A stretch of DNA of 64,000 bases, taken from NCBI RefSeq assembly GCF_004010195.1, contig NC_057718.1, forward strand, positions 105,585,024-105,649,023, written 5' to 3'. Both the position numbers and the translations under genes were made by a program. Below the pieces are notes generated by a model. The model did no database searches, was not told where the DNA came from, and saw only the letters and a program-made list of their open reading frames with translations. The first letter of the stretch is position 1. Each line of letters begins with the position of its first letter. Below are positions 1-13,558 of this stretch, piece by piece. This DNA comes from Chiloscyllium plagiosum (Eukaryota).

Positions 1-246
1 GTAGTTCAATTTATTACATTTTGGTAAACAGGTGAATGTGTCATGCAATGAGAAACTGAACCAAGAGTATCAGGCTTGATTGATGAAATAACATTGATGT
101 ACATATTTTGTTCTATAGAAGCTTATACTTTGCTGCAGTCAAAGCTTTAGTCTATACTTACATATGCATTAATAGCAGAAGACAGACAGGACCAACGCAT
201 GCAAGCATTTTATGCAGGTTAAACAGCACAACATAATTAGAATTAC

Positions 247-348
247 CAAAAGAATCAAGGTCAATTTCAATGTTAGTATGTTCCTCTCCACCTCCCAAAA
301 AAGAGCATTCAGCGCCTTCCTCATTAATATCTACCCCAATAGTATCAC
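247..348 (-). CDS. EHBP1: EHBP1 symmetric cassette exon, 102 nt, phase 1/1 (GDTIGVDINEEGAECSFLGGGEEHTNIEIDLDSF)
   Basis: Similar to the EHBP1 segment 'DENDNIEIDTNEEIPEGFVVGGGDELTNLENDLDTP'. Acceptor ttttcttgtctctacag, donor G|gtaatt; length divisible by 3. Confidence 0.85.
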
Positions 349-999
349 CTGTAGAGACAAGAAAATCAGCAAAAGCATTTATTATACATTGAACATCCCA
401 TTTAATGTGAACAGGGCATTTCCACATTAGTGCATGCAGAAGACAGACAGGATGTGCTGCAATGAATACTGTCAGTTTATTATTCTTAGATTTAATTGTA
501 TCACATATGCAAAGACCCAAAAGCACTCAGGATTGATGTCCATGAAACATTACAGGTGTGGCAGAAATGAATAGCATTAACACTAGTAGGTTAGCATCAG
601 CAGAAAGATCTATAGCAATACAAATTCCAGATTTCAAATTTGATTAAATATAGAAGCAGCGAACCGTATTTAAAGGAAAAATATTAGCAAAGAGCACACG
701 CCACAATCCGTTCTTTTCTGTTTTAAGAAACATCATCAGTAGTGGATGTGAGCAAGACTTTGTGCATGCTTAAAACACTTATATGCTGCAAGCTAGGTCT
801 CAGTGGAAAGCCTTAAGTGCTTTTCTTTCCCATATTTACTTCCTAATTGCACTGCCATACTTAATGTGAACTAGCTGGAAGGTAGCTTCTGATATTTCAA
901 GCAAGTGCAGATTGACAGTTTGGTTGGTACAGGTGCTGGCAGTATGAGCATCAGAAGTTACTACCTTCAGCATTTTTATTATTTTTGGTTTGGAGCTGC

Positions 1000-1804
1000 A
1001 AACTATAAGCTGAGAGCAGAAGGTGATCTTTGACCTGTGACAAGCAACTGGTTTTAAATGAGAGAGACAAACAGACTAAATTTGTTATAAGGCTAGGCCT
1101 GGAATTTATTTGCAGGTTGGTTTTTGTCCTATAATTGTCTATAGATATTTTAACACTGGAAAGGCATTATGCTCAAACAGATGGCAGATGCTTGAATGTT
1201 AACACGACCTGCCTCACAAGGAAGATAGCATTAAGAGACAGAGAAACCAACGTTTGCACTGTTTTGAACATTTTTTGTCAGAAGGAATGTGGCAACCATA
1301 GCTACAGGACAGAAATTCAATTGCTTCCTGGTTGTCCTCTCATAATCAATTTATTGACAGTTTGGAGAATAGAATCTTAGATATAAGCATTCACAGAATG
1401 TTCCTTGCTTTAGAAACCAAGCAGAATACAATCCCATGTTCCTATGAAATTGCGAATTGTGGAAACTGCTTAAGTGAACTGGACAATTACATCTCTCTTT
1501 TGATTTATTCCTTAAATGTGTGCGTGCTGTGTATCTGTCTGTCTGTGAGAGAGCAGGGCTAGAATCCAAGAAGATTGGGTTTAAATTATAGACATTAGTT
1601 AGGTTACTTTGTTGTTTAACATTGGTCAGCTAAAGCTGCTGTATTAAATAACAAATTGTTAATTATTTTATTTCAGCTATAAACTTGATCGCTATTATTG
1701 ATTATTCACAAAATCTGGTACTGATTATTCAAAAGTTTGGTTATGAATCACTGGGGAAATTGGGAGGGTTAGTTAATTTGGCTGTCTGTCACCAAATCAT
1801 GACA
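1000..1804 (+). mobile_element. Possible solo LTR (left boundary uncertain)
   Basis: Ends ...catgaca with AT-rich polyA-like signal upstream; no internal domain visible. Confidence 0.25.
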
Positions 1805-2299
1805 CTATAGTGGTGCCACAAGGCTGGGAACCAATGGTGCTGATGTACAATGATTCTAGATGCTGTCAACATTACTTCTGAGAATGTAACACTCACACTG
1901 AGCAGAGTAAAGTCTGGTCCAAAGAAACCTGGTGCAGTCAGGGGAACCCACTACGAGACAAGTGTTCCAGTGGACATTAAAAATCCAGCTGCCTTAATGT
2001 TTAGATGCTGTCAACTATCTGAGACCCACATTCCAGGATAGTGTTAACATCGTACAAATCAGTGATACATTTGCAACAACTCTGTTATAGAAGCTGCTCA
2101 GCTACTTCACTGTTTTATTTCAGTATATTCTGGTAAAGAAAAATACCTTGCATTTTGTTTATTTAGACTCATGACCTTAGGATATGCCAGGAATATTCCA
2201 GTTCAAGCCACTCCTTGTTAAATACTCTTCTTTCCCTTCTTGTTGTGGGAGGAGGGGTTCTTGTGAAAAATCAAGTAGCATTGCTGATGGGGAAGGGGG

Positions 2300-2408
2300 G
2301 CTGAGTGGGAAGAGAGGGATTGAGCTCAATGATCAGCCATGGTCATAATGAATGGTGGAGCTGACTCGAGAGGTCAAATGATGCATTCCTGCTCCTATCT
2401 TCTATGCT
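2300..2408 (+). mobile_element. CR1 LINE 3' UTR fragment
   Basis: gatcagccatg...aatggtggagc...ctcctatcttctatg resembles the 3' end of the CR1 at 21710 (reverse strand). Confidence 0.55.
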
Positions 2409-2694
2409 CATGCAACATCAACTCGAGGCTCAGGTTAATTTCCATCTCACTGCCCGAGTTTCATTGAAATGTTCATATTTTTCTGTCAGTAGTAGTTATC
2501 TAGTAGTAATTAGCAATGTAAGTGTGAATGAAGATTCTATACTGAGGCAGAGTCACAAAAGGACTGTACCATTTGCAGCAAGAATAAAATAGATGCTCAG
2601 ACAGAAAAATGACTGAGTTAAGATTGTGGAAAGCCTTCACCTGCAGATTGGGAATCTGGGGATGGAGCGTTAGTAGAGTTAAAATTTCACTAAC

Positions 2695-2842
2695 CTCCAG
2701 CTGCCTTTGATCTTTCTCTCAACTTTTCAGTATTCAGTTCATTGTAGCTGGGAAGATCAGACATCTTAACACCAGATCGAGCTTCTGCAATTAGCTGACG
2801 AGCTCTCTCTCTCAACTGGCGACGTCGCTCTTCATCTTGGTG
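2695..2842 (-). CDS. EHBP1: EHBP1 internal coding exon, 148 nt, phase 0/1 (HQDEERRRQLRERARQLIAEARSGVKMSDLPSYNELNTEKLRERSKAAG)
   Basis: Manual translation (not in ORF track) matches EHBP1 'QQDEERRRQLRERARQLIAEARSGVKMSELPSY...KLKERSKASG'. Acceptor tcttccag, donor G|gttagt; phase fits the upstream exon. Confidence 0.95.
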
Positions 2843-4585
2843 CTGGAAGATATTGAATAGCTGCCATCACGGTAATTGACAAAAACTCAATTTCATTGCA
2901 AAATTGATCATCATGATAACAGGCATGATGCTTCAGACAGCATTACCAAGAACTCTTCCTGTGTAGTGTACAGTATTCTACTTTAACCTGAAATTGTTCA
3001 AAATGGAGCTGGAGTAAAAATATTACATTCAGATTTCACCAAATCAAACTCATTAATTCCATACGTACTTTAATACATAAAGCAAACTGAAAACACAGCA
3101 ACATCTGCCAATGCAGCAATATGATTATTTAATCACACTAGAAATCTCACCAGTTTGTTACATATACGCACAACACTTATTCACAATTTAAGTTCATCAT
3201 CCCATCAATTCTAAAATTATTTTGTGATAGCATGCAATTCTGTAACAAACGATAAGGCAGTTAATGTATTCACACCAACAACAACAACACTCTTCAAACA
3301 ACTCTACAAGATGCCCAAGAGGATGTGAAGCTGCTAGTCCTCTGTGGCACATGCTGTTCATTTAGTCTTTCAATACACTGGCACAATTTAGACATGTAAT
3401 ATAATTGACACAAATCAAATATTAGTTTATTAGAAAACCAATACGTGTGTCTTTGCAGGCTAATTACATTTACCATTAATATTTACAGCAACACCTGCTG
3501 GATTATGTAGTTGTGTTTTGTGACAGTATTCTAACTGAAATAGAGAAACGGGAATTTGTTGTACCTAAACATCCAGAAATGGAGATTATATTAGTTACAA
3601 CAAAGCGCATCCCATTTACACTCCTTAAAAACAATGCCGTTTCCTCTAGATACTCAGTTAACGGACAACTTAGACAGATTTGATTTGACAAAATTACTTC
3701 ACAAGCATGCTGTTCTTGCATAATAAATTTCACAAAATTGCATTTCAGTTTTAGGTCTAAGTTCTTGAATATGGAGAGCAACAGTCTCAAGAACTTGCAA
3801 CTTCTCTATTTAATGCAAAAAAAACTAAATATAAGAAATCTGAAATAAACATAGAAAAAAAATTGGGAATATTCACTTTTACATTAAGACTATTCCTTAG
3901 AACTCAGTTCTGATGGAAGATTTTATATTCTAGCTTGACTTTCTTTTTACATATGTGGACTGACTTGCAGCACACTTCCAACACTTACTGTGTTTATTAT
4001 TCTCTACAGACTGCACTTACAGCTGTACATGCAAAAACTGCACAGCATTTCATCACTTTCAGCTACAGTGTTGAGGCTGCTTTTGGTGCAATGGTCTTCA
4101 GTGAATAAATACATATTTATAAGGCAACAGGATTAACTTAGTTTCTTTAAAAGGATGTTATAATGCTTTACTGGTCAATCCAGGAAGCTTATAATTGTAA
4201 TAAAAATGTATTCCTATCATAAAAGCAACATGATCTTAAATAGTTATTTCTTCATGATGTAGAGATTACTTAATTTCCCATGCAACCAACCATTTTGTGA
4301 TGTTGAATCTTAAACTGTAAACATATTCCCACTAGGAATGCACTTTGCATTTGGTCCTTTATAGTTCATCAACTAAACCTCTCGCTGCCAACATCATTAA
4401 ACAGTTCCAAGTTTTTCCACTCTGCTCCAACTTATGGGAACTCCATTTGCTGAAATCTCCATGAAAAATTCCCAACAATTTTTTAAAACTTTAGCCTTAT
4501 ATTTATTTCTGCTAGTTTGACACTTATCAAAATAAAATCTCACCTTAACATAGGGCTCTGTATTTACCACTTACACCTCTCCTAG

Positions 4586-5250
4586 GTTGAAAAGTATGGT
4601 GCTGGAAAAGCACATCAGGTCAGGCAGCATCCAAGAAGCAGGAGATGGATCTGGGATGAGGTGGGGGGTAGAGAGATTTGGAAACTGGTGAAGTCAATGT
4701 TGATGTTGTGTGGTTGTCGGGTCCCAAGGCAGAAGATGAAGTGTTCTTCCTCCAACTGGCTTTGATTTGGCGGTGGAGGTCCAGGGTTTGCATACCCTTG
4801 GGGGAGTGGGAGTGGGAGGTGAAGTGGTGATGGGATTAGTTTGTGCATGTGTCCCAGAGATGTTCCCTGAACCACTCTGCGAGTTGGTGCTCGATCTCCC
4901 TGATGTAGATGAGACTACATCGAGAGCAACGGATGCAGTAAATAAGGTGGGAGAGTGTACTGGAAAATCTCTGCTGGATGTGAAAAGATCCTCTAGTGCC
5001 TTGGATGAAGGTGAGGGTGGGGAGGTGTGTGCACAGGCTTTGCACCTTGTGCAGCAGGTGAGGAAAGTGCAGAGTGTAGAGGGTGGGTTAGTAGGGACCA
5101 TGGACTAACAAGGAAGTCATGGAGGGAATGGTGTTTGCGGAACGCAGGTAGGAGTGAGGAGGGAAATATATTTTTGATGATGAGGTCTTACAGTAGGTGG
5201 TGAAAATGGCGGAGGATAATCCACTGTATCTGGAGATGCATGGGGTGGAA
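4586..5250 (-). mobile_element. Penelope-like element 3' fragment (GIY-YIG endonuclease plus pLTR tail, hammerhead region deleted)
   Basis: ORFs 'LIYCIRCSRCSLIYIREIEHQLAEWFREHL' and 'EEEHFIFCLGTRQPHNINIDFTSF'. Tail at 4586-4644 is homologous to the mini-elements. Confidence 0.8.
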
Positions 5251-6230
5251 TGAGGTACTTATTGAGTCACATAAATCCGTGTTGAGCATATCTGTACCCT
5301 CAATTTTTCCTCACTATCCAATCCTCTGATTAAGATGAACTCCCTAAAGTCCTTCCCACACTATTGGTTATGCAGTTTGTTCATTGCATTGCCATAGGTA
5401 TTTGGCCTGTTGAATATCAAGTCTATAAATGTTTTAAACTTTCACTTATGATACTTCTTCATCATTCTAAAATACTTGAGGCACTCAGTTTTTTTTAATG
5501 TGCACTTTATACTTGTACGTAAAATTCATTCTTCACACAAGTACATATTATTTAACTTAGTTTTGTTTGTGAATTGGCTGCATTCCCCCCTCACATTCAA
5601 GTTTTTACTTTGATATGATATATAAATCTCACCAATTTACATTCACATCAAGTTCTAAATAAAAGTTAGGAACAATAGGCATCTAGATTGCCTCACTGAA
5701 GGAAGCATTCTTTCTACATTTGTCACCTTCCTTTAGTACCTTACGGATCTTAATTAGATCTCCTCCATTCTTCCAAACTCCAGAGAGTATCGACTTAAAC
5801 TGCTCAACCTCTCTTCATTAGACACATTCCTGACCTCCAATCCAATGAACCTCCTCTAAGCGGCCTCCAATACAATTGCATCCTTCCTCAAGGAGAAAGT
5901 GAGGTCTGCAGATGCTGGAGATCAAAGTTGAAACTTTATTGCTGGAACAGCACAGCAGGTCAGGCAGCATCCAGGGAACAGGAGATTCGACGTTTCGGGC
6001 ACAGGCCCTTCTTCAGGAATGAGCAGAGAGTGTTCAGCAGGAGAAGATAAAAGGTAGGGAGGAGGGACTTGGAGGAGGGGCGTTGGAAATGTGATAGGTG
6101 GAAAGAGGTCAAGGTGAGGGTGATAGGTCGGAGTAGGATGGAGCTCTTTCCACCTATCACATTTCCAACGCCCCTCCTCCAAGTCCCTCCTCCCTACCTT
6201 TTATCTTCTCCTGCTGAACACTCTCTGCTC

Positions 6231-6266
6231 ATTCCTGAAGAAGGGCCTGTGCCCGAAACGTCGAAT
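6231..6266 (+). ncRNA. Type I minimal hammerhead ribozyme motif (mirror copy on - strand 5985-6020)
   Basis: attc CTGAAGA a gggc-ctgt-gccc GAAA CGTC gaat: stem I attc/gaat, intact core, ACGU palindrome. Confidence 0.85.
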
Positions 6267-6309
6267 CTCCTGTTCCCTGGATGCTGCCTAACCTGCTGTG
6301 CTGTTCCAG

Positions 6310-7021
6310 NNNNNNNNNNNNNNNNNNNNNNNNNNNNNNNNNNNNNNNNNNNNNNNNNNNNNNNNNNNNNNNNNNNNNNNNNNNNNNNNNNNNNNNNNNN
6401 NNNNNNNNNNNNNNNNNNNNNNNNNNNNNNNNNNNNNNNNNNNNNNNNNNNNNNNNNNNNNNNNNNNNNNNNNNNNNNNNNNNNNNNNNNNNNNNNNNNN
6501 NNNNNNNNNNNNNNNNNNNNNNNNNNNNNNNNNNNNNNNNNNNNNNNNNNNNNNNNNNNNNNNNNNNNNNNNNNNNNNNNNNNNNNNNNNNNNNNNNNNN
6601 NNNNNNNNNNNNNNNNNNNNNNNNNNNNNNNNNNNNNNNNNNNNNNNNNNNNNNNNNNNNNNNNNNNNNNNNNNNNNNNNNNNNNNNNNNNNNNNNNNNN
6701 NNNNNNNNNNNNNNNNNNNNNNNNNNNNNNNNNNNNNNNNNNNNNNNNNNNNNNNNNNNNNNNNNNNNNNNNNNNNNNNNNNNNNNNNNNNNNNNNNNNN
6801 NNNNNNNNNNNNNNNNNNNNNNNNNNNNNNNNNNNNNNNNNNNNNNNNNNNNNNNNNNNNNNNNNNNNNNNNNNNNNNNNNNNNNNNNNNNNNNNNNNNN
6901 NNNNNNNNNNNNNNNNNNNNNNNNNNNNNNNNNNNNNNNNNNNNNNNNNNNNNNNNNNNNNNNNNNNNNNNNNNNNNNNNNNNNNNNNNNNNNNNNNNNN
7001 NNNNNNNNNNNNNNNNNNNNN
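6310..7021. other. Assembly gap (N run)
   Basis: Run of N. Confidence 1.
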
Positions 7022-9084
7022 GGTAGTGCCGATACAGTCATCAATGTAGCGGAGGAAAAGATGGGGGGTGGGGCCAGTGTAGTTGCGGAAGATGGATTGT
7101 TCCACATACCCTACGAAGAGGCAGGCATAGCTGGGGCCCATGTGGGTGCCCATGGCTACTCCTTTTGTTTGGAGAATTGGGAGGATTGGAAAGAAAAGTT
7201 GTTCAGGGTGAGGACCAGTTCGGTCAGTCGAAGGAGGGTGTCGGTGGAGGGGTACTGGGTGGTACGGCGGGAAAGGAAGGAGCGGAGTGCTTTGAGTCCT
7301 TCGTGATGGGGGATGGAGGTGTACAGGGACTGGATGTCCATGGTGAAGATGAGGCGTTGGGGACCGGGAAAGCGGAAATCCTGGAGGAGGTGGAGGGCGT
7401 GGGTGGTGTCACGAACGTAGGTTCCTCAAGTAAAGGGTCCAAAATTGTGTGCAATACTCCAGTTGCCGTCTCATTGATGCCTTTTTACACTCTATTCCTT
7501 TCATAATAAATGCCCTCCTGATTACCTGCTGTACCTGCATATTAGTTTTCTGTGATTCATGCAAAAGGACACCCAGATACCTCTGCACTACTCTGAAGTT
7601 TCTCTTCATGAATTACTTCAGATACTATGTTGCAATTTTTAAAAAAGTTTCTAATAATCTTATACAGTTCTCACTCATACACTTGATATGAAAAAAATGC
7701 CCATAAAAACCCATTCAGATTTTTTCCAACTTAAGTGTTGAATCTAATGTAAAAGCAAAGTTCTATCTAGACTCTATATCAGATAGCCAATCCTTTAATA
7801 GTATGTTTAAATTGTCAATCAAAGTAAAAAGGAAGAACTCCCAGCTGAGATAATCCACAGAACATGAAATAAATCAATTTTTCTGCAATCCATTAAAATT
7901 CTAGTCCGAAATAATATTAACAATATGATGAAATATTAAGCATCTTGATAACAGAAACAGAGTAGCAGATCTGAGTCAGCTGGGGATATTGTGCCAAAGG
8001 CCAAGAATAACTAACATTGAGACACACAAAATGAAGCAAAACTACAAGGTTAATGCAACAGTGCTGGAACTACTGATAATTGAAATAAAATGCTGGAATT
8101 AATGCTGTTGTTGCAGTAGTGAAATCTATTATAACAGGACAAATATGTGGCTGAATCCAGAGTTAAATTTTAACTTAATTTGAAGTGGTGTAGTTCTCAG
8201 ATAGCAATGGAGATGGTGTAGTTAGTTCTGTCATAGGAGGAGGGAGGGAAGTGAAGTGGTTTTTGTGAAATAAGCACAGATATGCCAAATAATGAACTAT
8301 CGAGATGAGAAAACAATTAAGAGGTACAGTTTGCTCTGAAAAGATATAGAGTGATTTTACGAAGAGGAAAGCTAAATTTAACAGGTAATTTAAATCAAGC
8401 GTTTTTGGCAACTATACAAGATAACTCAATGAGTAGAGGTTGCCATTGAGGCAAGTGTTCATCTTGAGTACGCCTTCATAAATGACCCAAACAACATATT
8501 ACAATTGGAAACTGTCGCACCTTTGAGATAAAACAAGCATAAAATCACACAGTTCACAATAGCATATCTGAAATCCAGATCCAAAGACCAGGAAATGGCC
8601 TAAATAGGACAGAACTCTCAGAAATGAGGGAAGAAATAAATGTCGGAGAAAGTTAGTTTGCATGTCAGTAGAAGACACGAGACTAAATGCTTGCTGTTGA
8701 GTATGCAGGCTAAATCAACATGTAGCATCAATAGGTTCAGACCAAATACACATGATGCTAAATAGATTAACAAGCAACTTAAAAAATAGTAAAGAAGAAA
8801 AATGACCTTAACAAATCTTGCAGACAGGAAGCTGAGAAGGTTCACTGGGATGAAAACAGCAACATGCAGAAACAGGTCAAAAGGTTGATCGTAAGGGCAA
8901 AGAGAGACCTAGAAAAAAGCAAGCTGCAGAGGCAAAGCATAATGAGAATGAAATTCTATCAGTATTATAACAGTAATAGAAATGTCAGAAGAAGGGAGAA
9001 TATTAAAAGATGCAAAAAGGGCAAAAGAGATAATAAATTTCATAAAGAAAGAATGAATGAATTTGTATTTATATAACACTCCTC

Positions 9085-9430
9085 ATAATCATACAGCATG
9101 GAAACAGACCAGAGTCCGACCAGTCCGTGCCGAATATATTACCAAATTAAACTAGTCCACCTTGCAGCACTTGGCCCATATTCCTCCAAACTATTCCTAT
9201 TCATGTAATTATCTAAATGTCTTTTAAATGTTGTAATTGTATCTGCATCCACCATTTCATTTCACACACTAAACACACTGTCTAAAAATGCTGTCCCTCA
9301 TGTCCTTTTTAAATCTTTCTCGTGTCACCTTAAAAACATGCTCCCTAGTCTTGAAGTCCCCCACCCTGGGGAAAAGACCCTTGCTATTCACTTTATCCAT
9401 GCCACTCATGATTTTATAAACCTCTATGAG
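9085..9430 (-). mobile_element. CR1 LINE 3' end
   Basis: Shares the 3' sequence (cagcatggaaacagacc...aaatgttgtaattgta) with other CR1 copies in the window. Confidence 0.7.
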
Positions 9431-9749
9431 ATTAATCTCAGGGCATCACAAAGCTCTTCCAAACAAGTGGATAATGGTAACCAATTTGGGCACAAGCTCC
9501 CACAAACAGCAATGAAAGAGTGTGCTGCTACGGTCAAGATGGCCATCAACAATTGCGACCAGCACTGATGCTAATGACATCACACAGTTGGGGAGGGTCT
9601 TCTGACTGCTCTTCTAGCCCCATCCTGCCCCACATCCATTTCCCCACTCATCCCTCTCCACCTGACCCCCATGCGCCCCCTCCCCCGTCCAATCTCCCAT
9701 GCGCCCGTGTCCCTGTCCGCCCACACTCCCCGTAGGTCACAGCTTAGCA

Positions 9750-12000
9750 TCTAATGTTGGAATTCAATTATTATGGAAATACTAGCAGAAAACTTGCAAA
9801 ATCACAATCTAATCAAGCAGAATCAACGTGGCTTCATGAAAGGAAAATCGTATCTAACTAATTTATTAGAGTTCTTCGAGGAAGTCTCAAGCAGAGTGAA
9901 TATTTGGGAATCAGTAAACGTGTTGTACTTGGATTTCTGGAAGGTGTTGAACAGGGTATCCCATGACAAGGCTAAGTTATAAGATAAGAGCGGATGATGT
10001 TTGAGGTAGGATGTTATAGAATCATAAGAGTCATAGAGATGTATAGCACAGAAACAGACCCTTCAGTCCAACTTGTCCATGCTGACCAGGTATCCCAACC
10101 CAATCTAGTCCCACCTGCCAGCACCTGGTCCATATCTCTCCACACCCTTCCTAATCATATACCCATCCAAATGTGTTTTAAATGTTGCAATTGTACCAGC
10201 CTCCACCACTTCTTGTCAGCTCATTCCACATACGCACCACCCTGTGTGTGAAAAAGTTGCCCCTTAGGTCTCTTTTATATCTTCCCCTCTCACCCTAAAC
10301 CTATGCCCTCTCGTTCTGCACTTCCCCACTCCAGGGAAAGAAACTTTGTCCATTTACCCTATCCATGCCCCTAATGATTTTACAAACCTCTGTAAGGTCA
10401 CCCCTCAGCCTCCAATATTCCAGAGAAAACAGCCCTCGCCTATTCAAACTTTCCCTACAGGGTAAATCCTCCAACCCTGGCAACATCCTTGTCAATCTTT
10501 TCTGAACCCTTTCAAGTTTCACAACATCCTTCCAATAGCAAGGAAATCAGAATTGCATGCAATACTCCAAAAGTGGCTTAACCAATATCCTGTACAGCTG
10601 CAACATGACCTCCCAATTCCTGTACTCAATACTCTGACCAATAAAGGAAAGCATACCAAACGCCTTCTTCACTATCCTATCTACCTTCGACTCCACTTTC
10701 AAGGAGCTATGAACCTGCACTCCAAGGTCTCTTTGTTCTCCCAAGACCTTACCATTAAGTGTATAAGTCCTGCTAAGATTTGCTTTCTCAAAATGCAGCA
10801 CCTCACATTTATCTAAATTAAACTCCATCTGCTACTCATCAGCCCATTGGCCCATCTGGTCAAGATCCCTTTGTAGCCCGAGGTCACCTTCTTCATTGTC
10901 CACTACACCTCCAATTTTGGTGTCATCTGCAAACTTACTAACTATACCTGTTAAGCTCACATCCAAATAATTTATATAAATGACAAAAAGTAGTGGACTC
11001 AGCACTGATCCTTGTGGCACTCCACTGATCACAGGCCTCCAGTCTGAAAAACAACCATCCACCACCACCCTCTGTCTTCTACCTTCGAGCCATTTCTGTA
11101 TCAAAATGGCTAGTTCTCCCTGTATTCCATGAGATCGAACCTTAGTAACCAGTGTTGTGGAACAGAGAGACTTAAGGGTTCAGGTACATAATTTTTTAAA
11201 TTTTGTGTCACAGGTAGGGTGGTTAAGGCGGCGGTCAGCACGGTTGCCATCATTGCTCAGACTTTTGAGTATGGGAGTTGGGATGTTATGTTGAGGTTGT
11301 ATTGATCTTTGGCGAGGCCTCTTTTGGAGTACTGTGTGCAAGTGGGATTGGTTTAGTTCTGAAAAGATTACAGGATGTTGCTGAGAATGGAGGGTTTGCG
11401 TTATAAAAATAGGCTGTATAGGCTAAGAATTTTTTCACTGGAGCATTGGAGGTTGAGGGGTATCCTTATTGAGGTTTATAAAATCATGAGGAGCATAAAT
11501 AAAATGAATAGCAAAGGTCCATTCCATAGAGGGGGGATTTCAAAATTCAGGGCATATGTTTAAGGTGAGAGGAGAAAGTTTTAAAATGGACATGAGGGGC
11601 AATGTTGTTACACAGAGAGTGGGTTGTGTTTGGAATGAACTGCCAGAGGAAGTGGTGGATGCAGGTACAGTTACAACATTTAAAAGACATTTGGATAAAT
11701 ACATGATAGGAAAGGTTTGGAGAGATATGGGCCAAATGTAGGCAAGTGGGATTGGTTTAGTTTGAGAACATGGTCAGGTGCAACTTTTTCACACAGAGGG
11801 TGAAACGTGTATGGAACAAACTGCTAGAGTTGGTGGTGGAAGCAGGTACAATTGCAACATTTAAAAGTCATCTGAATGGGTACATGAATAAGAAGGGTTT
11901 TGTGGGATATGGGCCAAATTCTCACAAGTAGAACTAGATCAATTTAGGATATCTAGTTAACATGGACAAGTTGGACCAAAGGGTCTGTTTCCACGCTGCA
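9750..12000. mobile_element. Nested CR1 cluster: + RT fragment 9750-10015, - copy 10020-11150, + 3' fragments 11150-12000
   Basis: Motifs 'QRGFMKGKSYLTNLLEFFEEV', 'GVPQGSVLSPLLF...KFADDTK', 'MEFNLDKCEVLHF' and 'FTQRV..WNELPEEVV'. Confidence 0.85.
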
Positions 12001-12039
12001 TAACCCTTTAACAACAAGGAATTGTTTGACGATTGATCA

Positions 12040-12736
12040 CTAGTACATAGATCAATGACAAAGGTCTTATTTCCAACAGTCTTATGACTGTTGTCACATA
12101 ACTGAACAGTATGGGGCAGGAAACAAGATAGAGAAGGGTGATGGTCTTCATCAGCTCAGAAACTGACTCTGTTGTCTGTAGTTAAAATTCATTTTAACCT
12201 GAAGAAAATCAGCTAACCTTTATTCTACAGTTGGTGTAAATATGACTTTTAAATGATAAATCAGAGACAATTCACAAATGACCTAGCTACCCTGTGCCTC
12301 TTGCAAACCAGTGGAAGAATTTGGAAAAGGGAAGCCAAAAATAAACTTTGGGATCAGTAAGAACAACATAACAGAATTTGTGAACAAAGAGACTGAACTG
12401 TCTTTCCAGTTTTTCTCCTTTGTCCCTGAGGTTTTTTTCTACTTGCCTGAATAGCTGACTGTTGTTATTGTGTGTAAGAGGGAATTCATAAGGGGGTTAG
12501 AGTTTAATCAGTAGTGTTATATGTCAATGGTTCATAAGTGTTTATCTGTAGCTAGAGTATAATTACTTATAATAAAGAGTCATTTTTGTTAAATACAGAA
12601 ACCTGATCGTGCTTTCTATCAACCAGAGTCTGACAATCAGATATATTGGGGAATATTGTGCGCTTATTTCAAAAGTTTTAAACGTTTTTGACAAATCCAG
12701 GAATAGTAGGGCTTTGTTTCCTGGTGAGGTGTGACA
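12040..12736 (+). mobile_element. Possible solo LTR
   Basis: aataaa signal near 12571 and ends ...gtgtgaca; no coding remnant. Confidence 0.3.
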
Positions 12737-12891
12737 CAAAAGACTGGGGATCCTGGAATAAAGGCGTCTTGTAACGCAATCTCCATAGAGAAACAGGGAT
12801 TTTTTTCTTAAATTTGTTTTAAAATATTGTTTGGAATGTTATTCAAATTTTTAAAAACTGAAAATAATCTGTTAATTGTATAAATTAAGTG

Positions 12892-13558
12892 GAAGGAACC
12901 TCGATCATCCGAATATCAATTATCCGAAGAGGATCTTAAGGTCCCGATAGAAACATTATGTCAAAGAGCTGTTTCAACCCTGATCGCATCTTTTGTTTAC
13001 AGGTACAATGATTAAAAACGATCTCGGCTCACTGAAATGCTGCTGAGAATAGTCCTGGACAGTCCAGGCACCGTCTCTAAATGACTGACCTCCCGCCCTC
13101 TCTCTCTCTCTATACACTTTCCCTGGAGTTCTACACAGGGGTGAACCCTAAACCCCCCTTCCCCAGATAATCTCTCCAACATTGTCCTGTACAGGGCAAA
13201 GTTGGAACCTGTCAAAACGTTGTGTGTGCTATTTGGAGAATCACCACCCAAAGGCAGCAGCAGTCTTACTGTTGGTGTCTAGTCCAGCTGCCACGGGCGG
13301 GGGAGGGGCGGTCACGGACAGGGGTTGGGCGGTGGGTGGGGTGTGGGAGGACAGGATTGGAGCAGACGGTGTTGGGGAGTGGGCGTGGCCACAGAGTGGG
13401 AGCGGATGGGGTTGCGGTGTGCTTTTGCCTCGTCTCCTGAACAGGCAGCAGACTTCACATAAAACTCCGAGCCTCAGAGGAAATCAATTAACCAAATAAT
13501 CAATTATCTGAACGAAATAGTGCCCGACCACCTTGTTTGGATAATCGAGATTCCTCTG
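12892..13558. mobile_element. Non-autonomous Tc1/mariner (pogo/Tigger-like) MITE
   Basis: Imperfect TIRs aggaacctcgatcatccgaa (12894-12913) and ttggataatcgagattcctctg (13537-13558) followed by TA; subterminal aattatc(c/t)gaa repeats. Confidence 0.65.

Larger units (their letters stand above)
5893..7421 (-). mobile_element. Young Penelope-like element: RT fragment (7022-7421), gap, inverted pLTR pair; TSD ttcctcaag
   Basis: RT motifs 'MDIQSLYTSIPH' and 'MGTHMGPSYACLFVGYVEQ...FLRYIDDCIG'. 166-bp arms 5942-6107 and 6144-6309 (1 mismatch). TSD at 5884-5892 and 7422-7430. Confidence 0.88.
5740..7590 (-). mobile_element. CR1 LINE fragment interrupted by a Penelope insertion
   Basis: Joining the flanks restores 'LEYCTQFWTLYLRKDAIVLEAA*RRF'. 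Confidence 0.75.

Noticed and set aside
6069..7306. Long ORFs (242-341 aa) in the track
   Set aside because: Artefacts of translating through the N gap.
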